IMG/VR virus record: IMGVR_UViG_3300010354_000044
Span: 32,001-96,000 of that record
From: a virus
Reading direction: 5' to 3' (one strand)
DNA length: 64,000 nt
Shown here piece after piece: positions 47,833 through 57,390 of the stretch (position 1 is the stretch's first letter; each line of letters opens with the position of its first letter). The notes beneath the pieces were generated by a model. The model saw only the letters and a list, made by a program, of their open reading frames with translations, was not told where the DNA came from and did not search any database. Made by a program: the position numbers and the translations under genes.

Positions 47833-48108
47833 ATGGCTAAAGTATTTACGAAGGTAGTGGGGCATTGTAGCGAATGCCCTAATTACCGAAAGGCCCCCTG
47901 GGGCGGGCAGTGTCTGTCACTTGAGGTAGATATCTATCTTAAGGCAGACACAGAAATCCTAGCTGATTGCCCACTAGAAGGAGACGGGGTACAGGTACAG
48001 GTACAGGAACCCGAGACTAAAGTGCGCTCAAGGGTTGACTGGAGTAAGGTACCTAAAGTAATTGAGCCGGAAGAGTTAGACTTCCGGCAAGCCTGCGAGG
48101 ATGCGTAG
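47833..48108 (+). CDS. Small Cys-containing hypothetical protein
   Basis: CSECP...C...CPL; AAGGAGG RBS. Confidence 0.6.
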   Translation: MAKVFTKVVGHCSECPNYRKAPWGGQCLSLEVDIYLKADTEILADCPLEGDGVQVQVQEPETKVRSRVDWSKVPKVIEPEELDFRQACEDA

Positions 48109-49184
48109 TGATAGGCTTCATCCTGGCCCTACTAGGGAGTAGAATCCCGAACGGGCCTTTAATAGCGTTGTTCATATGCCCCTCGGCATATGACGCTATC
48201 ACCTGCTTCTTTGCAGGCCTTTACCTGAACACTCCCCGGGAGCTGATGCGCCCGGAGGAGTCCGGCAATCTGGAGCAGATGCTTGCCACAGGCGGGCGGA
48301 GGCTCCGGTTTGACGATAGGACGCTTGGCATCGCCATTGAAGTAATGGTGCATGTCAAGCTGATGATGTTCATTTTCGGTCTAGCCTTCGGAGTTTTCTT
48401 CGGCTACGTAGGCGCAGACCGGATCTATGGAATGGCGCCCTTCACCGGGGCGCTCGTTATTCTTTGGGTCATCCTGAAGAGTGACGATACGGTAAAAACC
48501 ATTATTAGCCTGGCGTTTTCAGGCGTAATGGTTTTCGCCTTAATTAAGTTGGGGTTACCTAACGCCCTGCCGGTGCTATTGCTGACTCTAAGCACGTCGC
48601 CGGCAAAAGAAGAGGAGAGCGTTGAGGTGGATGGCCTTACCGAGGTCCTCCGCTGCAAAGAGCATGCCCCGATGGATTGGCTGCTCGGCGGGATGGTTGG
48701 GCTCGTCCCTGGCCTGAACGCCAGCAACTGGGTCTGTAATTTCGGGAATTCCGATAACCGGGATAACCGATTAACGGCCCTTGCCATAGGCATATTCGCC
48801 GAGGGTATTGCCCTTGGCGTCATCATGGCCTCCCGATTTACCGGGAAGACTGCGCTTAGCCAAATGCTAAGTGATTGGCAGTTCATTCCCGGCACCACCG
48901 CGCTGCTACTCGGGCTAATCGCCTGGATGGCAGCTGCGATGCTATATCGCCGGTGGCCGCGGCTGGCGATGGCCCAGGTCCCTGGGTTAGGCCTTATTGG
49001 ACAGGTAGGGCCTCTGGCCCTGGCGGTAGTTTACGCTACTGCCAACCAATGGGCGCTCCTATTTCCAGGCAGCGGCCTAGCTGCTGCGCTGGTTATAGTA
49101 GGAGGGCTGAAGATGTTGTCAGTCTCAGTACCTGACAACATCAAACCCGTCATCGCCACCCTACCCGTCTTGGGAGGTGGGTGA
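48108..49184 (+). CDS. Polytopic membrane protein, TctA-like
   Basis: About 9-10 hydrophobic segments; LLGGMVGLVPGL motif. Confidence 0.5.
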   Translation: MIGFILALLGSRIPNGPLIALFICPSAYDAITCFFAGLYLNTPRELMRPEESGNLEQMLATGGRRLRFDDRTLGIAIEVMVHVKLMMFIFGLAFGVFFGYVGADRIYGMAPFTGALVILWVILKSDDTVKTIISLAFSGVMVFALIKLGLPNALPVLLLTLSTSPAKEEESVEVDGLTEVLRCKEHAPMDWLLGGMVGLVPGLNASNWVCNFGNSDNRDNRLTALAIGIFAEGIALGVIMASRFTGKTALSQMLSDWQFIPGTTALLLGLIAWMAAAMLYRRWPRLAMAQVPGLGLIGQVGPLALAVVYATANQWALLFPGSGLAAALVIVGGLKMLSVSVPDNIKPVIATLPVLGGG

Positions 49185-49561
49185 TGAAATTAAACTTAGC
49201 TCTAGCGCTGGGGGTGCTTGTTTTTGTTGGCCGTTGCGCCGACAATCGCACCCCGATGGAGTGGGAGGTGCATAACCTAGTCGAGTGCGACCAGGATGGG
49301 TGCTTCACAGAAGGCGGCGGTCGTGTTTCTGGCCACCACCTTCAAGAAGGCCTGCAGGAGGTGCTGATACAGAAGGGGAATAACCCAACCATCCTACGCA
49401 GCTCCCCTGTCCTAGGGAAGGAACCCCTAGGTAAAGTTACCGACATAGCCCCGGCGGGGGCGGAGTACGTAGTGACTGCTAACGGTGAGCAATACATCGT
49501 GGCAGACTGCGAAAAGGGTGCACAGCTATTCAAGAAGGGGTTAACCCTCTCCTGCGAATAG
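49181..49561 (+). CDS. Secreted or lipoprotein hypothetical
   Basis: N-terminal signal ending VGRC. Confidence 0.5.
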   Translation: MMKLNLALALGVLVFVGRCADNRTPMEWEVHNLVECDQDGCFTEGGGRVSGHHLQEGLQEVLIQKGNNPTILRSSPVLGKEPLGKVTDIAPAGAEYVVTANGEQYIVADCEKGAQLFKKGLTLSCE

Positions 49562-49794
49562 TTTGTACCCGTACAAAGGGCCCCCTCCCCTACTCCCCCT
49601 AAAAGCGGCGGGTTGGGAGAGGGTACGCTCCGCCCCCACCCCTCTCCCTCCTCCTCCTAAGCCCCCCAAGGGCGGCAGGATGGTCATGATGTTTCTTTAA
49701 ACAAATCGCTGTGTCCCCCAAGGATGCGGCGGTTTGCTTTAGGGGTTTAAACCCCTAAAGCATTATCCACTTAACCAAAACGAGTCAAATCAAA

Positions 49795-50868
49795 ATGTCT
49801 AACCAAACAATCCAAACACTCAACGAACCTGAAAGCCCCGCTGTTATCGAGTTCCGGGAGTCCATGAACCGAGCCATCGGGGAATACAACAAGACCGGAA
49901 ATATCACCGAAAAATTTGAACTATTCGGCCTGCAGTGGGAATGGTATGTGCGCATTGGTAGCAACAACCAGTACTCTTTGGAATGCCAAGTAACCTATGA
50001 TCACCCCACCTTAACGGGAGAAGATGGGAAACCCCTCTCTCAATGGATCGGGGACGATACTGATAATGTCCGGGGCTCTATGATTATCGTCCCTAGAAAG
50101 CAGGGCTCTACGTTTACTGGGGAGTTTTACTATGGAGTAAACTTCTTCTACCGCAATGGTGACTTCTTTAACGGCGTTCGCGATGCTCTATATGGTTATA
50201 AGAGCCTGCACGCTGTTAATAAGCTAGCCGTGCGCCATCCCTTTAAGGCACTGGGGAATTCTGCTGTACAGGGTGAAATGCGTGAGGCTGCTCGGAAAAT
50301 GGTGGCCGCTAAAAACGAAGAACAGCAGCATAAAACCGTCACGACAGTGACTGGGGCCGATGGCTCTGAAATAGTGATCAGCTACACCCAGGTTTCCATC
50401 GGGAAGTTTGGGTTGTACATAAATGTCAGCAATAAGGGGGCTGTCGTAGTGCACTCTGCCAATGGCGGAGAGAACTACACGGTGCTTAACCTTATTGGGG
50501 GGCGCCCTGACCACTTGGACACCGTTCTCCGTAATGACGCCACTACCCTGGTACTGGAGTTGAGTGCCTACATTGCCGTAGGCAATGAACTGCTGACTGT
50601 CCGAGAGCTATTCAAAGGCAAGGAATTCGCCAACGACGCCTGTCGGGACTGGTTCTACCAGAATATGGCCGAGCTTATCTCCAAGGCGTTGCGACATGGT
50701 CCCATGCGCGCAGCGGTGACTCCTGCTATGCTCCATCCACAATACATTCGGTGTGAGTACACCGAACCTCGCATCGGCGGTAACAGCACCGAGCAGTTGC
50801 AGCCGCTTGATACTTTGCAAGTCGCTAACGCGATTCCTCAGGTCAGCGATGCGCTGAGCAACGCCTAA
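49795..50868 (+). CDS. Hypothetical protein (357 aa)
   Basis: Long ORF, last gene before a strong terminator. Confidence 0.7.
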   Translation: MSNQTIQTLNEPESPAVIEFRESMNRAIGEYNKTGNITEKFELFGLQWEWYVRIGSNNQYSLECQVTYDHPTLTGEDGKPLSQWIGDDTDNVRGSMIIVPRKQGSTFTGEFYYGVNFFYRNGDFFNGVRDALYGYKSLHAVNKLAVRHPFKALGNSAVQGEMREAARKMVAAKNEEQQHKTVTTVTGADGSEIVISYTQVSIGKFGLYINVSNKGAVVVHSANGGENYTVLNLIGGRPDHLDTVLRNDATTLVLELSAYIAVGNELLTVRELFKGKEFANDACRDWFYQNMAELISKALRHGPMRAAVTPAMLHPQYIRCEYTEPRIGGNSTEQLQPLDTLQVANAIPQVSDALSNA

Positions 50869-50916
50869 TCCCATAGGGCCTGTGTCTTCATAGGCCCTAG
50901 CTCGTTTTCTCCTAGC

Positions 50917-50961
50917 GGAGCCGGTTACCGTACCCAGGTATAGTAACCGGCTCCTTTTTTT
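50917..50961 (+). terminator. Intrinsic terminator ending the early-type region
   Basis: GGAGCCGGTTAC/GTAACCGGCTCC stem followed by T7. Confidence 0.75.
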
Positions 50962-51011
50962 CTATTAAAAATATCAGGTAATTTTTTATTAGAACGAGGC
51001 GTTATTAAAGT

Positions 51012-51981
51012 AACAGCCCCACATCCTCACCCATCTCCACATCCTCCACTAACAGCCCCACCCTCAACCCCATAGCTATAACCCCAACAGCCCCACCCTC
51101 CCCCACATCCGACTCCGACAGCCCCACCACATCTCAAATATCCCAAGGGGCTATCTTGCGGATTAAGCAATTTACCCCCTATAGGCGAAACGAGACTATC
51201 CGTAACGATATTGAAAAATCGCTACTGTATTAGCCATATCGGAGGTGCCCGGGTTGCGGTTTCTAAGTCTGTAAATGGAGGGTAGGAGGCTAGAGGAAGG
51301 AGTTATTCAGGGGGAAGAGGGTGGAGTAACTCTCTTTAGGGGAACATTCGGTGTAAAAACCGGAAAAAGTAGGGGCAAAAGAGGGTTAGAAGGGGTTTAG
51401 AAGAGGGGCGATGTTGCGGATTCCGCATTTTACCCCCTATACAGAAACGCGACTATCCGTAACGATATTGGAAAATCGCTACGGTATTGGTGATTTGGAG
51501 GATGTTCAGGTTGCGGATAACGGTGGGAGGAATCCCCCTCTCCCCCACTCCCCCTAAATCCGGCGGCCTGAAAGTCACTTCAAGTTGACCACATTTGTGA
51601 TATTTATGTGTGGTTTTATGAAGAGCATAAGGCCAACAGGCGGGTTAAAGCGGTCGGTGGTTCTCCGATAGGTAAGACTTTAAAGACCTAAGGGCACAAT
51701 TGAATAAATTGATACACCTGAATAGGGTGTATATAGGTGGAATTACGCAAAAATGGCATTTTTTTGCCATGGCAAATTCCCCCCTCTTATGTTGCACACT
51801 TTCCGCCCCTCCACCCACGAATCCTCGTTAATCGCTTCATACGGGAGTGGGTTCAATCGCTATCTTAGCAAAAGCATCGCTACGGGCTAGGTTCAATCGC
51901 TATCTGGATTGAATACATATTTTGGTGCGATCGCTGACTGTGTGCGGGTTTAATCGCTGTCGGCATGCGGCTACGATCGCT
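51012..51981. repeat. Non-coding repeat-rich region (origin, centromere or packaging site candidate)
   Basis: 4x RACAGCCCCAC; two ~100-bp direct repeats (51156, 51414); 7x ATCGCT (51831-51981). Confidence 0.7.
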
Positions 51982-52155
51982 GGTTCAGAGTGATTGTTTT
52001 AGTATTAAGCTATAATCTAGGAGTGGAGAAAATTATCCGCGCCTCTGGTATCTAAGCTAAAAAATAGGGCTTTTTCACCTATATTAAGGGCAATATAGTA
52101 TTGCCAACCGATGGCCCCGGGTTGCCTGGGAGTCCCTGTATTAATCTCTTGTACT

Positions 52156-52755
52156 ATGAAAACACAAACTGCCACCGGGGGTAAGGATTACCCCCTTCTA
52201 AACTTTGAACAATTTGAACGCCTAATATGGGGTTTTTTCTCTGAGTATAATAGCCGCCAGTTCACCACTAACGACGGCCTGTTTTCGTGTGCGTTATTTA
52301 ACGCCTCAGAGGTAGGCACGTGCCCAGACAGCATTGTCACTTACTCGGCTATTACAGGTAAGTGGTACCTGCATATTCTTTCCGGCGAGTTCAAAGCCTC
52401 CGAGGGGGATTCTCTTACGGAAGCAATGACTACTGAAATGCTCAAAGGTCTTGGTATTTCTTTTCCAAGTAAGGAAAGGGATATTAGGCCCGCTGGGCGG
52501 GATTCTCAGGCGCATACCTTTGAGCAATTTGAGTTTTTGCTTGATTTCGTTCTGTCTTTTAATAAAGACAAGGACCACTGCGAGTTTGTTAATAAGCAGC
52601 AACTATTCTCATGTGCGGTGTCTCCAACTTATCCCTACTCAGGCACACCCCGGGAGGCTATTGTCACTTATTCTACGAGTACTCAAAAATGGTATCTGCA
52701 TACCTTTTTTGATGGGTTTAAGGCCTTTGAAGGAGATAATCTTGGTGAAATGTAA
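52156..52755 (+). CDS. Hypothetical protein with two copies of a ~70-aa module
   Basis: FEQFE...LFSCA...IVTYS..T.KWYLH...FKA.EGD.L occurs twice. Confidence 0.65.
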   Translation: MKTQTATGGKDYPLLNFEQFERLIWGFFSEYNSRQFTTNDGLFSCALFNASEVGTCPDSIVTYSAITGKWYLHILSGEFKASEGDSLTEAMTTEMLKGLGISFPSKERDIRPAGRDSQAHTFEQFEFLLDFVLSFNKDKDHCEFVNKQQLFSCAVSPTYPYSGTPREAIVTYSTSTQKWYLHTFFDGFKAFEGDNLGEM

Positions 52756-52823
52756 AGCCCCTGGGCTACCTCCGTAGGGGCCATTCAGTTGCTGAGGTGT
52801 TCTTAATCTTTTTTTTATAAGCT

Positions 52824-53141
52824 ATGGGAAACGAAGTTAAATCCAGTACCTACACGTTTAGGCAGTTTAAGGCCCTAGTAGACGCAAAGATAGGTCGCTA
52901 TTACGACGACTACCGCTTCACATCAGCGAATAGTGTGTTTGCTGCCCAATTATGGAATAGTCCCAGTGTATACATAAATGAGGATACGTGCATTATAGTA
53001 CCGGATATTACCATTACGTACTCCTTGAGTACGGGTAAATGGTACTTGCACAATACGTTTGACGGTTTTTCTGTTTCTGAAGGAAACTCTCTTGAAGAAG
53101 TGCTGCCTGGGCATTCTCATAAAACTAATGAGGAAAACTGA
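52824..53141 (+). CDS. Hypothetical protein, paralog of the 52156 module
   Basis: TFRQF...ITYSLSTGKWYLHNTFDGFSVSEGNSLEE. Confidence 0.65.
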   Translation: MGNEVKSSTYTFRQFKALVDAKIGRYYDDYRFTSANSVFAAQLWNSPSVYINEDTCIIVPDITITYSLSTGKWYLHNTFDGFSVSEGNSLEEVLPGHSHKTNEEN

Positions 53142-53146
53142 GCGCT

Positions 53147-53926
53147 ATGGAAATAAAGATTCAGGGGTTTTACGGCTCCACGATGCTTTATATGCAATTC
53201 GTTCGTGGGGGGACCTTTCTCATGGGCTCTCCTTTAGCGGAGCCTGAGCGTGGAAGGGATGAAGGCCCGCAGCATGAGGTAAGCATACCGGCGTTCTCAA
53301 TAGGTAAATACGCGGTTACCAATGCTCAGTGGCGAGCTATGGCAAGTTTAACCCCCGTAAACTTTAAGTTAGACCCCGACCCTTCTTTCTTTAAGGCAGC
53401 CAATTGTCCGGTACAGAACATCTCTTGGTATGAAGCTATGGAGTTCTGCGCCCGGTTGTCTCGTCTTACCGATAAGTTGTACACATTACCCAGCGAAGCC
53501 CAATGGGAATATGCTTGCCGCGCCGGTACTACTACAGCATTTCATTTCGGCGGAAGTATACATACTGAGCAAGTTAACTGTGTAGGTAAGGCCCCGGAGT
53601 GGTGTAAAAACAAGGGGCAGATAAAATCAAGAGAGCGCCCCCTTATTGCAGGCTGTTTCCCTCCTAATGACTTTGGTCTTTACGATATGCACGGCAATGT
53701 ATGGGAGTGGTGCTTGGACTATTATCATGACAATTACGAGGGCGTGCCTACTGATGGCAGTGCGTGGGTTGATATCAACGCTGAGCAAGATAAGCCCCGA
53801 GTTCTTCGCGGCGGTTCCTGGCTAAACCTTAGTCAGTATTGCCGTTCGGCTTTTCGGGGTTGTAGTAAGCCTAGTACTAATAATTATTCGGGTGATATAG
53901 GCTTTCGTGTCGTAACAGAGGAGTGA
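53147..53926 (+). CDS. FGE-sulfatase (formylglycine-generating enzyme-like, CLec fold) protein
   Basis: FLMGSP..E, LPSEAQWEYACRAGT, NDFGLYDMHGNVWEWC, RVLRGGSW, IGFRVV. Confidence 0.9.
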   Translation: MEIKIQGFYGSTMLYMQFVRGGTFLMGSPLAEPERGRDEGPQHEVSIPAFSIGKYAVTNAQWRAMASLTPVNFKLDPDPSFFKAANCPVQNISWYEAMEFCARLSRLTDKLYTLPSEAQWEYACRAGTTTAFHFGGSIHTEQVNCVGKAPEWCKNKGQIKSRERPLIAGCFPPNDFGLYDMHGNVWEWCLDYYHDNYEGVPTDGSAWVDINAEQDKPRVLRGGSWLNLSQYCRSAFRGCSKPSTNNYSGDIGFRVVTEE

Positions 53927-54294
53927 AAACCATGGCTGCCAAAAGTTTAGACCTTAAGTCGTTTGCTACTGAGGTAAACCGGGCGTTGCAACACTTTGCG
54001 CCTGCGTGGTTAGAGGGTGAGTATGAAGGGAACGACTCATATTATTTTTATAAGAAGGGTGATCTACGCATTACTTACTTCGGCTGTTACTCCAGCTGTG
54101 CTCAAGTGAGGTGGAACGGGTGTGAATATAAAAAGCCTGCTATATGGAGCGCTATTGCCGAATGGTATTTCGAGAATAAAGATGTTGTAACGGCCAAAAC
54201 TGACGACAACAGCCAAGTTGGATTTAACGTGCACAGCCAAGATTTATGGGCTGAACTTTTCCGCGAGAGGCATGGGGAATATCCTCATCCCTAA
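53923..54294 (+). CDS. Hypothetical protein
   Basis: Coupled to the upstream gene. Confidence 0.55.
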   Translation: MKTMAAKSLDLKSFATEVNRALQHFAPAWLEGEYEGNDSYYFYKKGDLRITYFGCYSSCAQVRWNGCEYKKPAIWSAIAEWYFENKDVVTAKTDDNSQVGFNVHSQDLWAELFRERHGEYPHP

Positions 54295-54393
54295 ATGGCC
54301 GTGAATAAAGCAACGTCTGAGCGCATCGTCTATGATAAGGGCGAAGACGTTCTGAGTAGGTAGAGTTTTACCCTAGTAATTTTTAGGTAACCG

Positions 54394-54819
54394 ATGATGC
54401 ACATGACTTTTGAAAGCTTTCAAGATTTTGTTAAGGCTCGTTACCCTCAGGCTAAGAATTTTCATGAACTTGATGGCTACTCTTGCGTAGTCAAAGGTGA
54501 GCACAACACTGATTCTATAAATTACAGCAATTGTATTGGCTGGTATGTTGCTCGGGTAACCGCTGAGGAATCCTATAGAGGTACGGGCCCTACCTTAGAT
54601 TCAGCTATTAAAAACCTACAACTTACCTTTACAAGCCCTGTACCAACGCCAGGAGGTACCAGAGATATCCAGAAGATTCTTGAATGTCTGGATGCATTCA
54701 CGACAACTGTGGTAGAAGTATTAGACGCCGCTGGTTACGGTAACCAATACTTGAACGCTACATTAGCGGAATTAAATAAGGCAATTACCGACTATGACCG
54801 GCGTCAAAGCAAAGACTAA
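54394..54819 (+). CDS. Hypothetical protein, paralog family
   Basis: TFESFQD.V...YP.A..F...YSCVVK...SY.G.G.TL shared with 54879. Confidence 0.6.
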   Translation: MMHMTFESFQDFVKARYPQAKNFHELDGYSCVVKGEHNTDSINYSNCIGWYVARVTAEESYRGTGPTLDSAIKNLQLTFTSPVPTPGGTRDIQKILECLDAFTTTVVEVLDAAGYGNQYLNATLAELNKAITDYDRRQSKD

Positions 54820-54878
54820 CTGCCACTACTAAAAGCTGCTAGGGTGCAGACCGCTGTAAATATCTAGAGGATTGAACG

Positions 54879-55178
54879 ATGAAAATAAGTTTTGAAACGT
54901 TTCAGGATACTGTCAGGCGAGTGTATCCACACGCTGAGGGTTTTACTAATAGCGATCGCTGGATTCCAGCCAATTATTCTTGTGTAGTTAAGAACCTGCA
55001 CAGTGCTGAATTTATTAGCTACAACCCTCCTTCTGGGTTGTGGTTCGTGCACCGGGAGACCTCTGGAGGTTCATATGATGGAAGTGGTCTCACCTTAGAG
55101 CTTGCCTTGAATAATTTACAGTGGCAAGACTCCACCATTACTATGGAGTTTCAGGACGGTCTGCTGGTAAATGATTAA
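54879..55178 (+). CDS. Hypothetical protein, paralog family
   Basis: Shares motifs with 54394; GAGGA RBS. Confidence 0.6.
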   Translation: MKISFETFQDTVRRVYPHAEGFTNSDRWIPANYSCVVKNLHSAEFISYNPPSGLWFVHRETSGGSYDGSGLTLELALNNLQWQDSTITMEFQDGLLVND

Positions 55179-55305
55179 TCCGGACAGAGTCTAATGCCGG
55201 GTTATGTGGCCTAAGCCTATTGTGTACCCTAGCGTCTTCATTGTCGCTGGGGTACCCTAGGAAAAGCTTAAAATATAATAAGAACACCACTCGCGGAGGT
55301 CGGTA

Positions 55306-55617
55306 ATGGACGGCGTTGATAAGAATGAATTTGCCACAGACTTAGAAAAATTGCAGCGAATTATGTGGAAGTCCCCTCTTGATTACATAGTCAGGAATAA
55401 CCACCTAGAGTTCCTAGAAGAACTGGCGGAGTGTGCTGCAGAGGTGGCTCAGAAGGCATCCGTGTTATCATCTGCGATCCGTAATGAGCCGGCCCAAGGC
55501 GCTTCTATCTCCTACCCTGTAGGGGATGGGAGCGGCGGTGGCACTTATTCCGTACCGATTTCCGCAGAATCTCAAGAGGAGATTGATCGTCTTAGAGATA
55601 ACTGGGATGTGCGCTAA
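55306..55617 (+). CDS. Hypothetical protein
   Basis: GGAGGT RBS. Confidence 0.6.
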   Translation: MDGVDKNEFATDLEKLQRIMWKSPLDYIVRNNHLEFLEELAECAAEVAQKASVLSSAIRNEPAQGASISYPVGDGSGGGTYSVPISAESQEEIDRLRDNWDVR

Positions 55618-55940
55618 TGTCTGACTATTCGTTGGATCAGCTGACTGATATGATTTTTAAAAAAGAGGTTGAAATCGCCGCCCTTAAGGCCAACCTAGCA
55701 CAACTGCATCGGTCTGAGTTAGGACTTCGTATGATGGTTGAGGACGAGCTCCCGGAAATTAAAAACGAGAAACGGCGCCAGCTTGCAATCCATAACGAGC
55801 TTCTTGCTACACAGGACTATACTGATGTGCAAAACGCAATTGCAAAAAAAACTTTAGAGTTAGAGTTGGCACAAGCGCAGCTGAATTTTCTGAAAAATAC
55901 CTTTGAGGTAGAAAAGCTAAAGTTAAAAAATAATGAGTGA
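55617..55940 (+). CDS. Coiled-coil protein
   Basis: Heptad pattern; EIKNEKRRQ; TAATG coupling. Confidence 0.6.
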   Translation: MSDYSLDQLTDMIFKKEVEIAALKANLAQLHRSELGLRMMVEDELPEIKNEKRRQLAIHNELLATQDYTDVQNAIAKKTLELELAQAQLNFLKNTFEVEKLKLKNNE

Positions 55941-56640
55941 GTTTATAATGAAAAGATTTAGACTCCTACAGAAAACAGTCGCCGAGCATGCATTTGATGA
56001 TTGTTTTAATATGGGGATATACATTGGTTCAGTTCCATCACTCAAGCTAGAAGGCGAGGCATTTACTTGTCTTTGCTTGGCTGGTTTTTCTACAGCCTAT
56101 GCCTTAGGTGAGTCAGACCCCAGCTATTTACCTACGGCTGATAACTTAGTGGGTTATGGACTCTATGCAAAACTTGCCAAAGCTAGGGATGAATACTATG
56201 AGCTTCAGGGGCAAGTATGTAGGGAGTCGGATAATCCAATTACCGTAAACTTTTTCATACGCCACGCCTCAGAGTGGTTGGGAATTCCTTATCATAGCCA
56301 ACTATGGACTACTTTTGAGTGGCCTAAACCGTTTGGCTATCTGTATGACCACTTTGAAAAGGCAAGGCCCACAATTAAGAGTCTATACTTAGAGTCTCGG
56401 TCTCAATGCCTCTATGAGGTTTTTCAGCTTCCTGGTACTTACTTTAGAGCCCTTGCTGGGTGTCTAGCTCTCCAGATTTATATGGAGTGTACGCCTGCCG
56501 AAGACTGGTCTACAAAGGTAGCTGACGTTGGCTGTGCGGACGCTCTGGCTCAGGTCTTCACGGAGTACTCTGGGTTTATTGATAAGTTTGAATCAATGGC
56601 CGCTAACACGCCGGGGGCTAAGCCTTTTCTGGTAAAGTAA
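55933..56640 (+). CDS. Hypothetical protein
   Basis: Overlapping start in the operon. Confidence 0.6.
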   Translation: MSEFIMKRFRLLQKTVAEHAFDDCFNMGIYIGSVPSLKLEGEAFTCLCLAGFSTAYALGESDPSYLPTADNLVGYGLYAKLAKARDEYYELQGQVCRESDNPITVNFFIRHASEWLGIPYHSQLWTTFEWPKPFGYLYDHFEKARPTIKSLYLESRSQCLYEVFQLPGTYFRALAGCLALQIYMECTPAEDWSTKVADVGCADALAQVFTEYSGFIDKFESMAANTPGAKPFLVK

Positions 56641-56657
56641 AAGATTATAAAAGGATT

Positions 56658-57140
56658 ATGAAAAAGTATATTACCGGGCGCGAACTCAAAGAAATGTTTG
56701 AAAAGGGCCTGCCTCTTACTATTGAGATAGCACCCGAACGGGTGTTGACTCAACAAGATGAGTGGCAGGAAAACTACTTGTGTTACGACACAGACTTTTC
56801 CCCTAGGATGAGGGCTGACGTAATAAACGTTAAGAGTGATGATGAACTCTTAGAGTTAGTGTTAGACCTGTCTAATTGGGAATCTTATAACAACAGGTTT
56901 GACCTCCCTAACCATACAGAAGGGGAACACGTAGATTTGAAATGGTGTGAAACTAAACGTTACAAGAAATTCTATAATGGACATACTATTATTAGGACGA
57001 GCATTTATGCTGCCCTAGACACCACCCACGAATTTACCTTAGTCGGGAACGCCGCCCAAGAGCTGCATCAAAAGTTTTTGGAGTCCAGCCATCCAAATTA
57101 TGTCCAATGGTTGGAAAGTCAGATAGGTGAGTGTTCTTAA
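56658..57140 (+). CDS. Hypothetical protein
   Basis: AAGGA RBS. Confidence 0.6.
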   Translation: MKKYITGRELKEMFEKGLPLTIEIAPERVLTQQDEWQENYLCYDTDFSPRMRADVINVKSDDELLELVLDLSNWESYNNRFDLPNHTEGEHVDLKWCETKRYKKFYNGHTIIRTSIYAALDTTHEFTLVGNAAQELHQKFLESSHPNYVQWLESQIGECS

Positions 57141-57199
57141 AGTCACTTGAACATTAAGTCTGCCCCTTAATTACCTAATCCACGTTTATAAAAGAATTC

Positions 57200-57379
57200 A
57201 TGGAAAATCCTATTACAGGGCATAAGCTAAGAATTGAGTTTGAAATATTGCGGCTTCATAGAAGGTTCTATAGGTCAGGCCACCCGGATTATGTCAGATG
57301 GCTAGAGGAGCAGGTACTTCAATTAGAAAAGCGAACAAGTGAGCTAGAGAAAGAAGCAGACCATCTAGCCGCGCAGTAG
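57200..57379 (+). CDS. 59-aa protein resembling both ends of 56658 (not in ORF track)
   Basis: MENPITGHKL...LHRRFYRSGHPDYVRWLEEQV vs YITGREL...LHQKFLESSHPNYVQWLESQI. Confidence 0.55.
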   Translation: MENPITGHKLRIEFEILRLHRRFYRSGHPDYVRWLEEQVLQLEKRTSELEKEADHLAAQ

Positions 57380-57390
57380 AACTCGTATAT

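Larger units (their letters stand above)
42883..49740 (+). repeat. Dispersed family of ~11 intergenic hairpins ending in CGGCGGTTTGATTT
   Basis: Copies near 42883, 43209, 43679, 44261, 45305, 45777, 46132, 46544, 47331, 47776 and 49698. Confidence 0.85.

Noticed and set aside
53800-53926. Complete diversity-generating retroelement
   Set aside because: No template repeat, reverse transcriptase or Avd gene seen in the window
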